In this document: positions 54,695 to 64,000 of the stretch, in pieces
Position numbering within the stretch: the first letter of the stretch is position 1
Layout: every line of letters starts with the position of its first letter
Assembly (NCBI GenBank): GCA_020851375.1
Contig: JADZCV010000022.1
Coordinates: 10,814 to 74,813, forward strand
Source of the DNA: Nitrospirota bacterium
GTDB lineage: Bacteria; Nitrospirota; 9FT-COMBO-42-15; HDB-SIOI813
Length of the DNA: 64,000 nucleotides
Direction of reading: 5' to 3'
The notes under the pieces: model-generated
Databases searched by the model: none
Told to the model about the DNA's origin: nothing
The model's input: only the letters and a program-made list of their open reading frames with translations
Made by a program: the position numbers and the translations under genes

Positions 54695-56176
54695 ATGTAT
54701 CATCCAACCTTTGAAGAATTCTGCAAAAAGGCGGAGCAGGGGAACCTTATCCCTGTTTATAAAGAGATCCTAGCCGACCTTGAAACACCTGTCTCTGCGT
54801 TTCTCAAGATAGATAAGGGTGATTACTCATTCCTGCTTGAAAGCGTCGAGGGAAAAGAGAAATGGGCCAGGTATACTTTTCTTGGAAGTAAACCAAGGGT
54901 GATTATAAGGGCGGATCAGAGGGGAGTAACAAGGGTAAGGGATGGTGTCGTGACAACAAAGTCCTATGAAAATCCCCTTGATGCAGTCAAGGAGGAGATG
55001 TCCCTTTATAAACCTGTCCTTGATGAAAACCTTCCGAGATTTTTTGGCGGCGCTGTGGGTTATATGACCTATGACATGATCAGGCATTTTGAAGAAGTAG
55101 AAATAGAAAAACGGGGTGAGTTTACCCACATCCCTGACCTTTTTTTTGTTATTACTGATACCCTTCTGATCTTTGACAATCATCTTCATACTATAAAAGC
55201 AGTTCACAATGCCCATATCAAGGATAACGATCTGAAGGCTGCATATGAGAAGGCCATAGAAAAAATAGACGAAGTTGTGGAAGAGCTGTGGGGTCCTCTA
55301 AAGCATAGCCACTATTCAAGAGGTGGTGACCATGTCAATCTCCAATGGTCATCTAATGTGACTAAAGATGAATTCATGGAGAAGGTTGACAGGGCTAAAG
55401 AGTATATAGCTGCCGGAGATATATTCCAGGTTCAGATATCCCAGCGGTTCAGCCTTGATACCACTTCGAATCCCCTTGATATCTACAGGGCACTCAGGAG
55501 GATTAATCCATCTCCCTATATGTTTTATCTCAGGTATGGAGACCTGCATGTTGTAGGCAGCTCACCTGAGGTTTTGGTCAGGCTGGAAGGAAGCCGTGTT
55601 GAGACAAGGCCGATAGCCGGTACGAGGAGGAGGGGCAGGAGTCCTGAGGATGATATGCGCATGGAGAAGGAACTCATATCTGATCCCAAGGAGCGGGCTG
55701 AACATATTATGCTGGTGGACCTTGGACGGAACGACATTGGCAGGGTTTGCAGGAAAGGGAGTGTATCGGTTAATGAATTGATGGTCATTGAGAGATATTC
55801 ACATGTTATGCACCTCGTATCCAACGTCATTGGCGAGATTGACCCTCAGTATGATGGTTTTGATCTCCTTGAGGCCTGTTTCCCTGCAGGAACAGTCACA
55901 GGCGCTCCAAAGATACGTTCAATGGAGATAATAGAGGAACTGGAATCATCCAACAGGGGGCTCTATGCAGGTTCTGTGGGGTACTTCAGTTTTCAGGGTA
56001 ATATGGATGCATGCATAACCATCAGGACTGTTGTGATAAAAGGAAATAAGGCATACCTCCAGGCCGCAGCAGGTATTGTGGCAGATTCAGAACCTGAGAA
56101 AGAGTATCTTGAGACAACCAATAAGATGAAGGGAATGGTCAAAGCGATTGAGATGGCGGAGAGAGGATTGGAGTAA
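54695..56176 (+). CDS. trpE: Anthranilate synthase component I
   Basis: 493 aa with [25 protein letters not shown] and [15 protein letters not shown] motifs. Confidence 0.95.
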   Translation: MYHPTFEEFCKKAEQGNLIPVYKEILADLETPVSAFLKIDKGDYSFLLESVEGKEKWARYTFLGSKPRVIIRADQRGVTRVRDGVVTTKSYENPLDAVKEEMSLYKPVLDENLPRFFGGAVGYMTYDMIRHFEEVEIEKRGEFTHIPDLFFVITDTLLIFDNHLHTIKAVHNAHIKDNDLKAAYEKAIEKIDEVVEELWGPLKHSHYSRGGDHVNLQWSSNVTKDEFMEKVDRAKEYIAAGDIFQVQISQRFSLDTTSNPLDIYRALRRINPSPYMFYLRYGDLHVVGSSPEVLVRLEGSRVETRPIAGTRRRGRSPEDDMRMEKELISDPKERAEHIMLVDLGRNDIGRVCRKGSVSVNELMVIERYSHVMHLVSNVIGEIDPQYDGFDLLEACFPAGTVTGAPKIRSMEIIEELESSNRGLYAGSVGYFSFQGNMDACITIRTVVIKGNKAYLQAAAGIVADSEPEKEYLETTNKMKGMVKAIEMAERGLE

Positions 56177-56739
56177 TGCTGCTCATAATAGATAACTATG
56201 ATTCATTTACATATAATCTGGTACAGTATCTTGGCGAGCTGGGACAGGAGATGGAGGTGTACCGTAACGACAAGATCGGTATTGAGGAGATAGAATATCT
56301 GTCTCCTGAAAGGATAGTGATCTCTCCCGGCCCATGTACGCCTAAGGAGGCTGGAATATCTGTGGAATTGATCAAAGCATTTGCCGGCAAGATACCCATC
56401 CTCGGCGTCTGTCTTGGTCACCAGTCAATTGCAGAGGCATTCGGCGGAGAAGTGATCAGAAACTACAGGCTGATGCACGGCAAGACGTCAATGATACGTC
56501 ACGACGGCAGGACGATATTTGCCGGACTCCCCAATCCATTTGAGGCAACGAGGTATCATTCACTGGTAGTAAAAAAAGAGACACTTCCTTCCTGTCTTGA
56601 GATAAGCGCTGAGACTGATGAAGGTGAGATTATGGGTATAAGGCACAGGGAGTATAAGGTCGAAGGAGTACAGTTTCATCCTGAGTCTATATTGACCACA
56701 GCAGGAAAGGACCTGCTGTGGAATTTTGTTAATTTATAG
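56176..56739 (+). CDS. trpG: Anthranilate synthase component II (glutamine amidotransferase)
   Basis: [18 protein letters not shown]. Confidence 0.95.
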   Translation: MLLIIDNYDSFTYNLVQYLGELGQEMEVYRNDKIGIEEIEYLSPERIVISPGPCTPKEAGISVELIKAFAGKIPILGVCLGHQSIAEAFGGEVIRNYRLMHGKTSMIRHDGRTIFAGLPNPFEATRYHSLVVKKETLPSCLEISAETDEGEIMGIRHREYKVEGVQFHPESILTTAGKDLLWNFVNL

Positions 56740-56751
56740 GTTTACGGGGTT

Positions 56752-57765
56752 ATGATTAAAGAAGCCATTGCCAAACTTGCAGACAGGTTAAACCTGACAG
56801 AGGCTGAGTCTGAGGCTGTTATGGAGGAGATCATGACAGGCCAGGCGACTCCTGCACAGGTTGCATCATATCTCACTGCCCTCAGGATGAAAGGGGAGAC
56901 GGTTGAGGAGATCACAGGCGCCGCAATAGTGATGCGTAATAAGGCAGCGAGAATAAGGGTAAATGACCCTGATGCTATAGATACATGCGGCACCGGCGGC
57001 GACCGCCTTCATACGTTTAATATTTCCACGACAGCTGCCTTTATAGTTGCAGGTGCAGGGGTAACTGTGGCAAAGCACGGCAACCGCTCTGTATCAAGCA
57101 TGTGCGGCAGTGCAGATGTGCTGAGGGCCCTTGGTGTGAACATAGATATAAAACCTGAGAAGGTTGAGAGGTGTATCAATGAGGCAGGAATAGGTTTTTT
57201 GTTTGCGCCCCTGTATCATCCTGCGATGAAGCATGCAGTTGTGCCAAGGCAGGAGATAGGGATCAGGACTATGTTTAATATACTTGGTCCGCTGACTAAT
57301 CCGGCGGGCGCTGCGCGTCAGGTGGTTGGTGTGTATTCGCCGCACCTCACGGAGATCCTTGCACGCGTGTTGTTGAATATTGGGGCAAAGCACTGCCTTG
57401 TGGTTCATGGAAGTGACGGTCTTGATGAAATTACAATAACAGGTGAGACGGCCGTTAGCGAGGGGAGGGGCGGAGAGGTCAGGACCTATACAATCAGGCC
57501 TTCTGATTTCGGGATGCGTGCAGCGTCTATAGAAGACATAAGAGGCGGCAGTCCAGAGGAAAACGCCCGCATCGTTTTGCAGATACTGGAGGGCGAGAAA
57601 GGGCCAAAACGGGATGTAGTCCTGTTGAATGCGGCAGCAGGTATCCTTGTGTCAGGCAGGGCGGCTGATTTCAGCCACGCCATTATAGAGGCTGAAAAGT
57701 CTATAGTTGCAGGGGCTGCCCTTGCTAAACTTGAATCGTTGAAAAGGATGACTAACCAGGGGTAG
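56752..57765 (+). CDS. trpD: Anthranilate phosphoribosyltransferase
   Basis: [30 protein letters not shown]. Confidence 0.95.
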   Translation: MIKEAIAKLADRLNLTEAESEAVMEEIMTGQATPAQVASYLTALRMKGETVEEITGAAIVMRNKAARIRVNDPDAIDTCGTGGDRLHTFNISTTAAFIVAGAGVTVAKHGNRSVSSMCGSADVLRALGVNIDIKPEKVERCINEAGIGFLFAPLYHPAMKHAVVPRQEIGIRTMFNILGPLTNPAGAARQVVGVYSPHLTEILARVLLNIGAKHCLVVHGSDGLDEITITGETAVSEGRGGEVRTYTIRPSDFGMRAASIEDIRGGSPEENARIVLQILEGEKGPKRDVVLLNAAAGILVSGRAADFSHAIIEAEKSIVAGAALAKLESLKRMTNQG

Positions 57766-57849
57766 GACAGGCATAACCACGGAAAGGATGCAGGAGGGGG
57801 ATGGCGGTCAACCCTGCGGTAGATGTGCATATAGTAAGGGTTTTTTAGA

Positions 57850-58644
57850 ATGATAATGGAAGGTTTACTGGCAAAAATTGTTGAGCGAAAGAGAGAAGAC
57901 CTCGCCCGGGTTAAGGCTGGGCTGTCTCTTAGGGAGTTGAAATCCCGTCTTAGGGATAGAGAGCCGCCGCGTGATTTTGTCAAGGCTATTTCAGGCAGAG
58001 AGAAGCGACGCGTAAATCTGATTGCTGAGATTAAGAAGAAGTCACCTGTAAAGGGGATGCTGGTAGATGATTTGGTGGTTGATAAACTTGCACGGCAGTA
58101 TGAAGAGGCCGGGGCTTCTGCAATTTCAGTGATTACAGAAGAACACTATTTCTGCGGCAATCCGGCCTATCTCGGAGAGGCAAAAAAGGCGGCAAAGATA
58201 CCTGTGCTGAGAAAGGATTTTCTGCTTGATGAGTATCATATTTATGAGGCGAGATATATAGGGGCGGATGCCATCCTGCTTATTGCAGCGATATTGGATA
58301 CTGCCCAGCTGTCTGACTTTATCGCGATCTCATCAGAACTTGGCATGGCAGCGCTTGCTGAAGTTCACGATGAGACAGAGCTTGAAAAGGCGCTCAGGGC
58401 CGGGGCAGAGATAATCGGAATAAATAACAGGGACCTGACAACTTTTAATGTTGACATTAAAACTACAATGAGAATCATTAAAGAAGTGCCGGCTGAGAAG
58501 GTGATAGTAAGTGAGAGTGGAATAAATTGCAGTAATGATATAAGGATGCTGGGAGATGCAGGTGTTCACGCAGTCCTTGTCGGAGAGTCTATTGTCACAT
58601 CCGGCGATGTTGTGAAGAAGATAAAGGAACTCATAGGGGAATAA
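57850..58644 (+). CDS. trpC: Indole-3-glycerol phosphate synthase
   Basis: LIAEIKKKSPVKG, LRKDFLLDEYHIYEAR, IGINNRDL. Confidence 0.93.
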   Translation: MIMEGLLAKIVERKREDLARVKAGLSLRELKSRLRDREPPRDFVKAISGREKRRVNLIAEIKKKSPVKGMLVDDLVVDKLARQYEEAGASAISVITEEHYFCGNPAYLGEAKKAAKIPVLRKDFLLDEYHIYEARYIGADAILLIAAILDTAQLSDFIAISSELGMAALAEVHDETELEKALRAGAEIIGINNRDLTTFNVDIKTTMRIIKEVPAEKVIVSESGINCSNDIRMLGDAGVHAVLVGESIVTSGDVVKKIKELIGE

Positions 58645-58650
58645 GACCGA

Positions 58651-59271
58651 ATGGTTAAGGTGAAAATATGCGGTATAACCAACATAGAAGACGCACTGGC
58701 AGCGGCTGAGGCAGGCGCTGATGCACTGGGTTTTGTATTCTATCCTGAAAGCCCCAGATTTATTGACCCGGGCAAGGCTCGTGCTATAATAGCCAGGCTG
58801 CCGGTATTTATTACATCTGTAGGGGTCTTTGTAGATGAGACCGAGGACCTTATAAGGCGTATCATCCGTGAAGGGGGCATTCAGGTATTGCAGTTTCATG
58901 GGGCTGAATCCCCGGTTTTATGTAACCGTTTCAGGGAGAAGGCGATCAAGGCTATCAGGATTAAGGATGAGCAAAGCATCAGGGATATGAAGATGTATGA
59001 TGTTGACACCTTTCTTCTTGATACTATGGCAGATGGGGCTAAAGGGGGGACAGGAAAGACCTTCAACTGGAAATATGCTGAAATGGCCAAAGAACATGGC
59101 AGGATTATCCTGTCAGGCGGGCTCAACCCGGCCAATGTGGGAGAGGCAGTCAGGCAGATCAGGCCTTACGGTGTTGATGTCTCGAGCGGCGTTGAGATAA
59201 GCCCCGGGAAGAAAGACCATATAAAAATAATGGAGTTTATAAGAGAGGCGAAAAAACAACATGCTCCCTGA
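58651..59271 (+). CDS. trpF: Phosphoribosylanthranilate isomerase
   Basis: [33 protein letters not shown]. Confidence 0.93.
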   Translation: MVKVKICGITNIEDALAAAEAGADALGFVFYPESPRFIDPGKARAIIARLPVFITSVGVFVDETEDLIRRIIREGGIQVLQFHGAESPVLCNRFREKAIKAIRIKDEQSIRDMKMYDVDTFLLDTMADGAKGGTGKTFNWKYAEMAKEHGRIILSGGLNPANVGEAVRQIRPYGVDVSSGVEISPGKKDHIKIMEFIREAKKQHAP

Positions 59272-60445
59272 TGATAGCGGTCACTTTGGAATATATGGCG
59301 GCAAGTTTGTGCCTGAGACACTCATGCCGGCCTTACAGGAACTGGAGGATGTTTATTTAAAGGCAAAGGACGACCCTGCCTTTAAAAATGAACTCGACTA
59401 CTATCTCAGCAAGTTTGTCGGCCGGCCGACATCACTCTTTTTGGCAGACAGACTGACCAGGCATTTAAAGGGGGCCAGGATATACCTCAAGCGTGAGGAC
59501 CTATGCCATACAGGCGCTCATAAGATAAACAATACGATTGGACAGGCCTTGTTGACAAGGCGTATGGGAAAACGGCGAATCATTGCCGAGACCGGGGCAG
59601 GTCAGCATGGTGTTGCAACGGCTACAGTTGCTGCCATGTTCGGGCTTGAATGCGAGATATACATGGGGACGGAAGACATGGCACGGCAGTCTCTCAATGT
59701 ATTCAGGATGAGGCTTCTTGGGGCAAAGGTGAGACCGGTTGACAGCGGCAGCAGGACTCTCAAAGATGCGATAAGTGAGGCCATGAGGGATTGGACAACC
59801 AATGTGCGAACGACCCATTATATACTCGGGTCGGTGCTTGGCGCCCATCCATTCCCGATGATGATCAGGGATTTTCAGTCTGTAATAGGGAAAGAGGCCC
59901 GGGAGCAGATTATCGCGGCTGAAGGTAGGCTGCCTGATCATCTTGTGGCATGCGTGGGAGGCGGGAGTAATGCGATAGGACTTTTTTATTCGTTTATTGA
60001 TGATTCATCTGTAAAGATGACGGGAGTTGAGGCAGGCGGGCTTGGCATCAGGACAGGAAAACATGCAGCTAGATTTGCTACAGGTTCTGTTGGAGCGTTT
60101 CAAGGCACTATGACTTATCTCCTTCAGGATAAGAATGGCCAGATCAGGGTTACTCATTCAGTGTCAGCAGGCCTTGATTATTCGGCGGTCGGGCCTGAGC
60201 ACAGTTATTACAAGGATGCAGGCAGGATTAATTATACATACGTCACAGACAGGGAGGCACTTGCGGCATTCTCCCTCCTGAGTGAGATAGAGGGCATTAT
60301 GCCGGCGCTGGAAAGCGCGCATGCAATAGCATATGTAACAAAGCTTGCGCCGGCATTGCCGGCGGACAATGTCATTATTGTAAATCTCTCCGGCCGCGGT
60401 GATAAAGATGTTCAGCAGGTGGCGGAGATATTGGGCAGCAGGTAA
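59261..60445 (+). CDS. trpB: Tryptophan synthase beta chain
   Basis: [16 protein letters not shown] (PLP lysine), GGGSNAIG. Confidence 0.96.
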   Translation: MLPDDSGHFGIYGGKFVPETLMPALQELEDVYLKAKDDPAFKNELDYYLSKFVGRPTSLFLADRLTRHLKGARIYLKREDLCHTGAHKINNTIGQALLTRRMGKRRIIAETGAGQHGVATATVAAMFGLECEIYMGTEDMARQSLNVFRMRLLGAKVRPVDSGSRTLKDAISEAMRDWTTNVRTTHYILGSVLGAHPFPMMIRDFQSVIGKEAREQIIAAEGRLPDHLVACVGGGSNAIGLFYSFIDDSSVKMTGVEAGGLGIRTGKHAARFATGSVGAFQGTMTYLLQDKNGQIRVTHSVSAGLDYSAVGPEHSYYKDAGRINYTYVTDREALAAFSLLSEIEGIMPALESAHAIAYVTKLAPALPADNVIIVNLSGRGDKDVQQVAEILGSR

Positions 60446-60451
60446 CGTAAA

Positions 60452-61246
60452 ATGGGCAGAATCGAAGAGACATTTCAAAGACTGAAGTCTGACAATGACA
60501 AGGCGCTTATTACGTATATCATGGCCGGAGATCCGGACCTTGATACTACAGGATTCCTGATTGAGACCATTGTGAAGGCCGGCTCTGATATTATAGAACT
60601 TGGCGTTCCCTTCTCAGATCCGGTTGCAGATGGTCCCACTATACAGGCCGCATCTGCCCGTGCGCTTAAATCCGGGACCACACTGAAAGGCGTCCTTTCA
60701 CTCGTTAAAAAGGTCAGGAAAAAGGTTGATGTCCCGATTATCATCATGACGTATTACAATATAATATTTCAGTACGGGTTAAAGAAATTTACTGTTGATG
60801 CTGTAAGATCAGGAGTTGACGGCGCCATTATACCTGATCTCCCTCCTGAAGAGTCTTCAGAGTTTGTGGGTCATGCAAGGGAAGCCGGTCTTGCGACCGT
60901 TTTTTTGCTTGCACCAACGAGCACTGAAGAGCGGATAAAGAAGGTTACAGGCTCTGCCTCAGGTTTTGTGTATTATGTATCCATGACAGGTATTACCGGG
61001 GGAAGGCTTGCCAACATGCAGGAGATAAAGGAGAAGATCCCGCAGATTCAGATGCATACTGATCTTCCTGTTGCTGTGGGTTTTGGAATCTCAGGCCCGG
61101 AAGCGGCAAGGAAGATCTCCCGCTGGGCAGACGGCGTTATCGTTGGCAGCGCCGTTGTAAGGATTGTCGGGGATAACCGGGGCAGGAAACAGCTGCTGTC
61201 AAAAGTAGGCAAATTTGTAGGTTCATTGAAAGGCGCGCTGGTTTAA
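60452..61246 (+). CDS. trpA: Tryptophan synthase alpha chain
   Basis: [23 protein letters not shown]. Confidence 0.95.
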   Translation: MGRIEETFQRLKSDNDKALITYIMAGDPDLDTTGFLIETIVKAGSDIIELGVPFSDPVADGPTIQAASARALKSGTTLKGVLSLVKKVRKKVDVPIIIMTYYNIIFQYGLKKFTVDAVRSGVDGAIIPDLPPEESSEFVGHAREAGLATVFLLAPTSTEERIKKVTGSASGFVYYVSMTGITGGRLANMQEIKEKIPQIQMHTDLPVAVGFGISGPEAARKISRWADGVIVGSAVVRIVGDNRGRKQLLSKVGKFVGSLKGALV

Positions 61247-61248
61247 AT

Positions 61249-62073
61249 ATGGCATGGTTTAAGAAAGAAGACAAGAAGGTAAAGATTCCTGAAGGGCTCT
61301 GGATAAAGTGCAACTACTGCCGGGAGATTATCTACAGGAAAGAAGTAGAGAAAAGCTCCATGGTATGTCCCAAGTGCAAGTATCACTTCTATATATCAAT
61401 AGAGGACAGACTGGCCATTATGATAGATGACGGCACGTTCAGGGAGCTTGACAGCTCAATACACTCCCTCGATCCCCTGGAGTTCAAAGATTCTGCCAAA
61501 TATAAGGACAGGATCAGGAACTATCAGAAGTCTACCGGATATGCCGACGCCTTTGTATATGGCGAGGGTAAAATAAGTAATTCCCCTGTCATTGTCGGGA
61601 TATTCAATTTCAAGTTTATGGGCGGCAGCATGGGGTCTGTTGTCGGAGAAAAGATACTGCGTGCAGCAGAGACCGCCCTGAATATGAAGCTGCCGCTCAT
61701 TATAGTCTCTGCATCCGGCGGTGCGAGGATGCAGGAGGGGATCCTTTCCCTGATGCAGATGGCAAAGACCAGCGCCGCTGTATCGCGTTTATCTGAGATG
61801 GGAATTCCGTACATATCCATACTGACGGATCCTACATTCGGCGGCGTTACAGCAAGCTTTGCTATGCTTGGAGATATAATAATTGCCGAGCCAAAGGCCC
61901 TGATAGGTTTTGCCGGTCCGAGGGTAGTTGAACAGACTATCAAACAGCAGCTCCCTGATGGATTCCAGCGGGCAGAGTTCCTGCTCGAGCATGGCATGAT
62001 AGACATGATCGTAGAGAGGAAAAAGCTCAAAGAGACTCTATCCAAGGTTATAACCTTTTTCAGCCCTTCTTAA
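61249..62073 (+). CDS. accD: Acetyl-CoA carboxylase carboxyltransferase beta subunit
   Basis: N-terminal zinc ribbon CNYCREIIY...CPKCKYH, plus the GGSMG and SGGARMQEG motifs. Confidence 0.95.
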   Translation: MAWFKKEDKKVKIPEGLWIKCNYCREIIYRKEVEKSSMVCPKCKYHFYISIEDRLAIMIDDGTFRELDSSIHSLDPLEFKDSAKYKDRIRNYQKSTGYADAFVYGEGKISNSPVIVGIFNFKFMGGSMGSVVGEKILRAAETALNMKLPLIIVSASGGARMQEGILSLMQMAKTSAAVSRLSEMGIPYISILTDPTFGGVTASFAMLGDIIIAEPKALIGFAGPRVVEQTIKQQLPDGFQRAEFLLEHGMIDMIVERKKLKETLSKVITFFSPS

Positions 62074-62082
62074 AAGCGAGAG

Positions 62083-63378
62083 ATGAACGAGCTATCTTAT
62101 TTATATTCTCTCCAGCAATTTGGAATAAAATTAGGACTCTCAAACATCAAAGAGTTATGCGCTGTTTCCGGCAACCCGCAGGATAAGGTCAGGACTGTAC
62201 ACATCGGCGGGACCAATGGAAAAGGGTCAACTGCCGCGATTATTTCCAATATCCTGCAGAAGGCAGGATACAGAACAGGTCTTTACACATCACCTCACCT
62301 CATAGATTTTACTGAACGGATCAGGATCAATAATGTCCCCATTTCTGAAGAAAGGGCATCCTCACTGATAAGGCATATAAGGGATAGAATTATTAATGGG
62401 GGCATAGCCCCAACCTTCTTTGAGTTTTCGACTGCCCTTTCGCTGCTGTATTTTGCAGAGGAATCTGTTGACATTGCTGTGATGGAAGTCGGCATGGGGG
62501 GGCGGCTGGATGCAACGAATATAATTAATCCGCTCGTATCAGTAATTACCAATATTGAATATGACCATACCGAGTATCTGGGCAGGTCACTGGAAGAGAT
62601 AGCAGTGGAAAAATGCGGGATTATAAAAATGGGAGTTCCGCTCGTTTCCTCAGAGAGGAGGCCTGATATATTTTCTGTATTGGAAAGGGCGGCTGAGGAA
62701 AAAGGAAGTCCTGCGTATTGGTACGGCAGGGACTTTGTCTGCGAGCCTGTGGAAATCGGCAGGTACAGAAGCAGATTCATCTATAGCGGCCGAAAGCATC
62801 AGCGCCTGCAGCTTGAGACCGGGCTTCTCGGAAGTCATCAGTTGCTTAACATGGGGACTGCCCTTTATGCAACGGAGCTCTTGTCTGAGAAAGGATTGGA
62901 TATGGCTGAGCAGGATCTTGTCAGCGGGGTGCTCGATGTGGCCTGGCCTGGAAGGCTTGAGACATGGGGGGACAACCGCCAGTTTCTGCTCGACGGCGCC
63001 CACAATCATGCTGCATCAGTTGTCCTGCGTGAGTTTATTGAGGACGTTCTGAAAAGAGACGGGGATAAAACCGGGATAGTCCTGATTTTCGGGGTGTTGC
63101 GCGACAAGGATGCCGGGTCTATGCTGAGAGAACTGATTCCCTCTGTGAAAGAAATAATACTGACCAGACCGGACACTGAGAGGGGACAGCCGCCGGAGGA
63201 CCTGCAGAAGATAGTTGAAATGTCCGGCAGAAACTCACATGCTGCCAGGACGCTGGCTGATGCAATTTCCATTGCCCATGATATCGCATCTCCTTCTGAT
63301 GTAATACTCATTGCCGGATCATTATATCTGGTAGGTGAGGCAAGGGCCATACTCTCCAGCGGACTGGTGAGTGGATGA
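62083..63378 (+). CDS. folC: Bifunctional folylpolyglutamate synthase/dihydrofolate synthase
   Basis: GGTNGKGST P-loop and the Mur-ligase fold motifs (EVGMGGRLDATN, DGAHN). Confidence 0.93.
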   Translation: MNELSYLYSLQQFGIKLGLSNIKELCAVSGNPQDKVRTVHIGGTNGKGSTAAIISNILQKAGYRTGLYTSPHLIDFTERIRINNVPISEERASSLIRHIRDRIINGGIAPTFFEFSTALSLLYFAEESVDIAVMEVGMGGRLDATNIINPLVSVITNIEYDHTEYLGRSLEEIAVEKCGIIKMGVPLVSSERRPDIFSVLERAAEEKGSPAYWYGRDFVCEPVEIGRYRSRFIYSGRKHQRLQLETGLLGSHQLLNMGTALYATELLSEKGLDMAEQDLVSGVLDVAWPGRLETWGDNRQFLLDGAHNHAASVVLREFIEDVLKRDGDKTGIVLIFGVLRDKDAGSMLRELIPSVKEIILTRPDTERGQPPEDLQKIVEMSGRNSHAARTLADAISIAHDIASPSDVILIAGSLYLVGEARAILSSGLVSG

Positions 63379-63382
63379 GCAG

Positions 63383-64000
63383 ATGAAAAAGCGGAACTCC
63401 TCCCTCTTCATGCTTGTCTGTTTCTTGTTTACAGCCGCATCATCTTCTTTTGCAGAAGCTCCCGTAACAAAGATCACTGCTGACATGCTTTCATATACCG
63501 GCGGCATATATTCTGCCAAAGGTAATGTGATAATCAATTATTCGGATAAGATACTCAGGTCTTCAGAAGTTGTCCTTGATAATAACAGCGGTGAGTTGAG
63601 GGCTTCAGGCGGGGTGGAGTTCCAGGATGGGGATAACCGGCTGTCATCAGAGAATCTCCTCGTAAATATGAAGACTTCATATGTAAGAATTGACAAAGGA
63701 AAAATGTTTATTAAAGAGGACAACTATCACATCGAGGGTGAAAAGATAGAACGGTTATCTGAAGACCGCTACCATATCAGGAGGGCGGTATTTACTACCT
63801 GTGATGGAGAGCCTCCGTGCTGGAGTTTTAAAGGCAGGAACATCAAAATTCACCTGAACCATTTTTTTACTGCGCAGCACGTTTCAATGGCTGTTAAGAA
63901 AGTCCCTGTATTCTATATCCCGTATATCGCCCTTCCTATAGTGCAGGAGAGACAGACAGGCTTGTTGATACCGAAGATAGGCTATAATACGGGCGATGGA
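63383..64000 (+). CDS. lptD: LPS-assembly protein LptD/OstA, N-terminal part (runs off the right edge)
   Basis: ATG 63383, open to nt 64000. Signal peptide MKKRNSSLFMLVCFLFTAASSSFA and an OstA-like N-terminal beta-jellyroll pattern (ITADML.Y....Y.A.GNV.I......L.S..V.LD....L.A.GGVEF). Confidence 0.7.
   Translation, partial: MKKRNSSLFMLVCFLFTAASSSFAEAPVTKITADMLSYTGGIYSAKGNVIINYSDKILRSSEVVLDNNSGELRASGGVEFQDGDNRLSSENLLVNMKTSYVRIDKGKMFIKEDNYHIEGEKIERLSEDRYHIRRAVFTTCDGEPPCWSFKGRNIKIHLNHFFTAQHVSMAVKKVPVFYIPYIALPIVQERQTGLLIPKIGYNTGDG

Overview
This is a 64-kb bacterial chromosomal window, and all calls are by-eye motif recognition on the supplied ORF track with no database search.

**nt 1-15,818: type III-B (Cmr) CRISPR-Cas locus.** The locus runs off the left edge of the window.
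- Effector genes are cmr1 (partial), cas10/cmr2 (GGDD cyclase motif kept), cmr3, cmr4, cmr5 and cmr6.
- A Card1/Can2-type CARF plus PD-(D/E)xK effector follows cmr6.
- A 2.5-kb stretch of decayed and intact toxin-antitoxin genes follows. It also holds an 84-aa Csx3-like (ring-nuclease family) gene and an AbiEii nucleotidyltransferase pair.
- Next is an unusual mirror-duplicated adaptation module, cas2-cas1-cas1'-cas2'. The second Cas1 appears to lack the catalytic motif residues.
- cas6 and a 24-repeat array (36-nt repeat ending ATTGCGAC) complete the locus.

**Rest of the window: mostly housekeeping genes.**
- UPF0182 membrane protein.
- A Fur-box-preceded FTR1/polyferredoxin/P19 iron-uptake cluster.
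- dnaJ-hspR-clpB with a HAIR-like operator.
- mtnA, mtgA, guaBA, rluB, aspS, purMN, pyrE, bcp and rhlE.
- trpEGDCFBA-accD-folC and the start of lptD.

**Accessory content.**
- A class-I Fic toxin/antitoxin pair.
- A roughly 4.4-kb integrase-less island at tRNA-Ala(CGC), bounded by 99-bp direct repeats. It carries vapBC, a SEC-C protein and several gene fragments.
- A DUF4258/YgiT pair.
- A repeat-rich lipoprotein.

**Intergenic repeats.** Several REP/MITE-like families litter the intergenic regions:
- a GTCATTCCCGCG-N-AAGCGGGAATCCAG hairpin family, including a ~170-nt composite element in three copies;
- a variable-number CCCCC-loop-GGGGG hairpin array with 7 versus 2 units.

**Most interesting candidate.** The hard-wired asymmetric Cas1/Cas1'-Cas2/Cas2' adaptation module is the top finding. 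I cannot verify its novelty from here.
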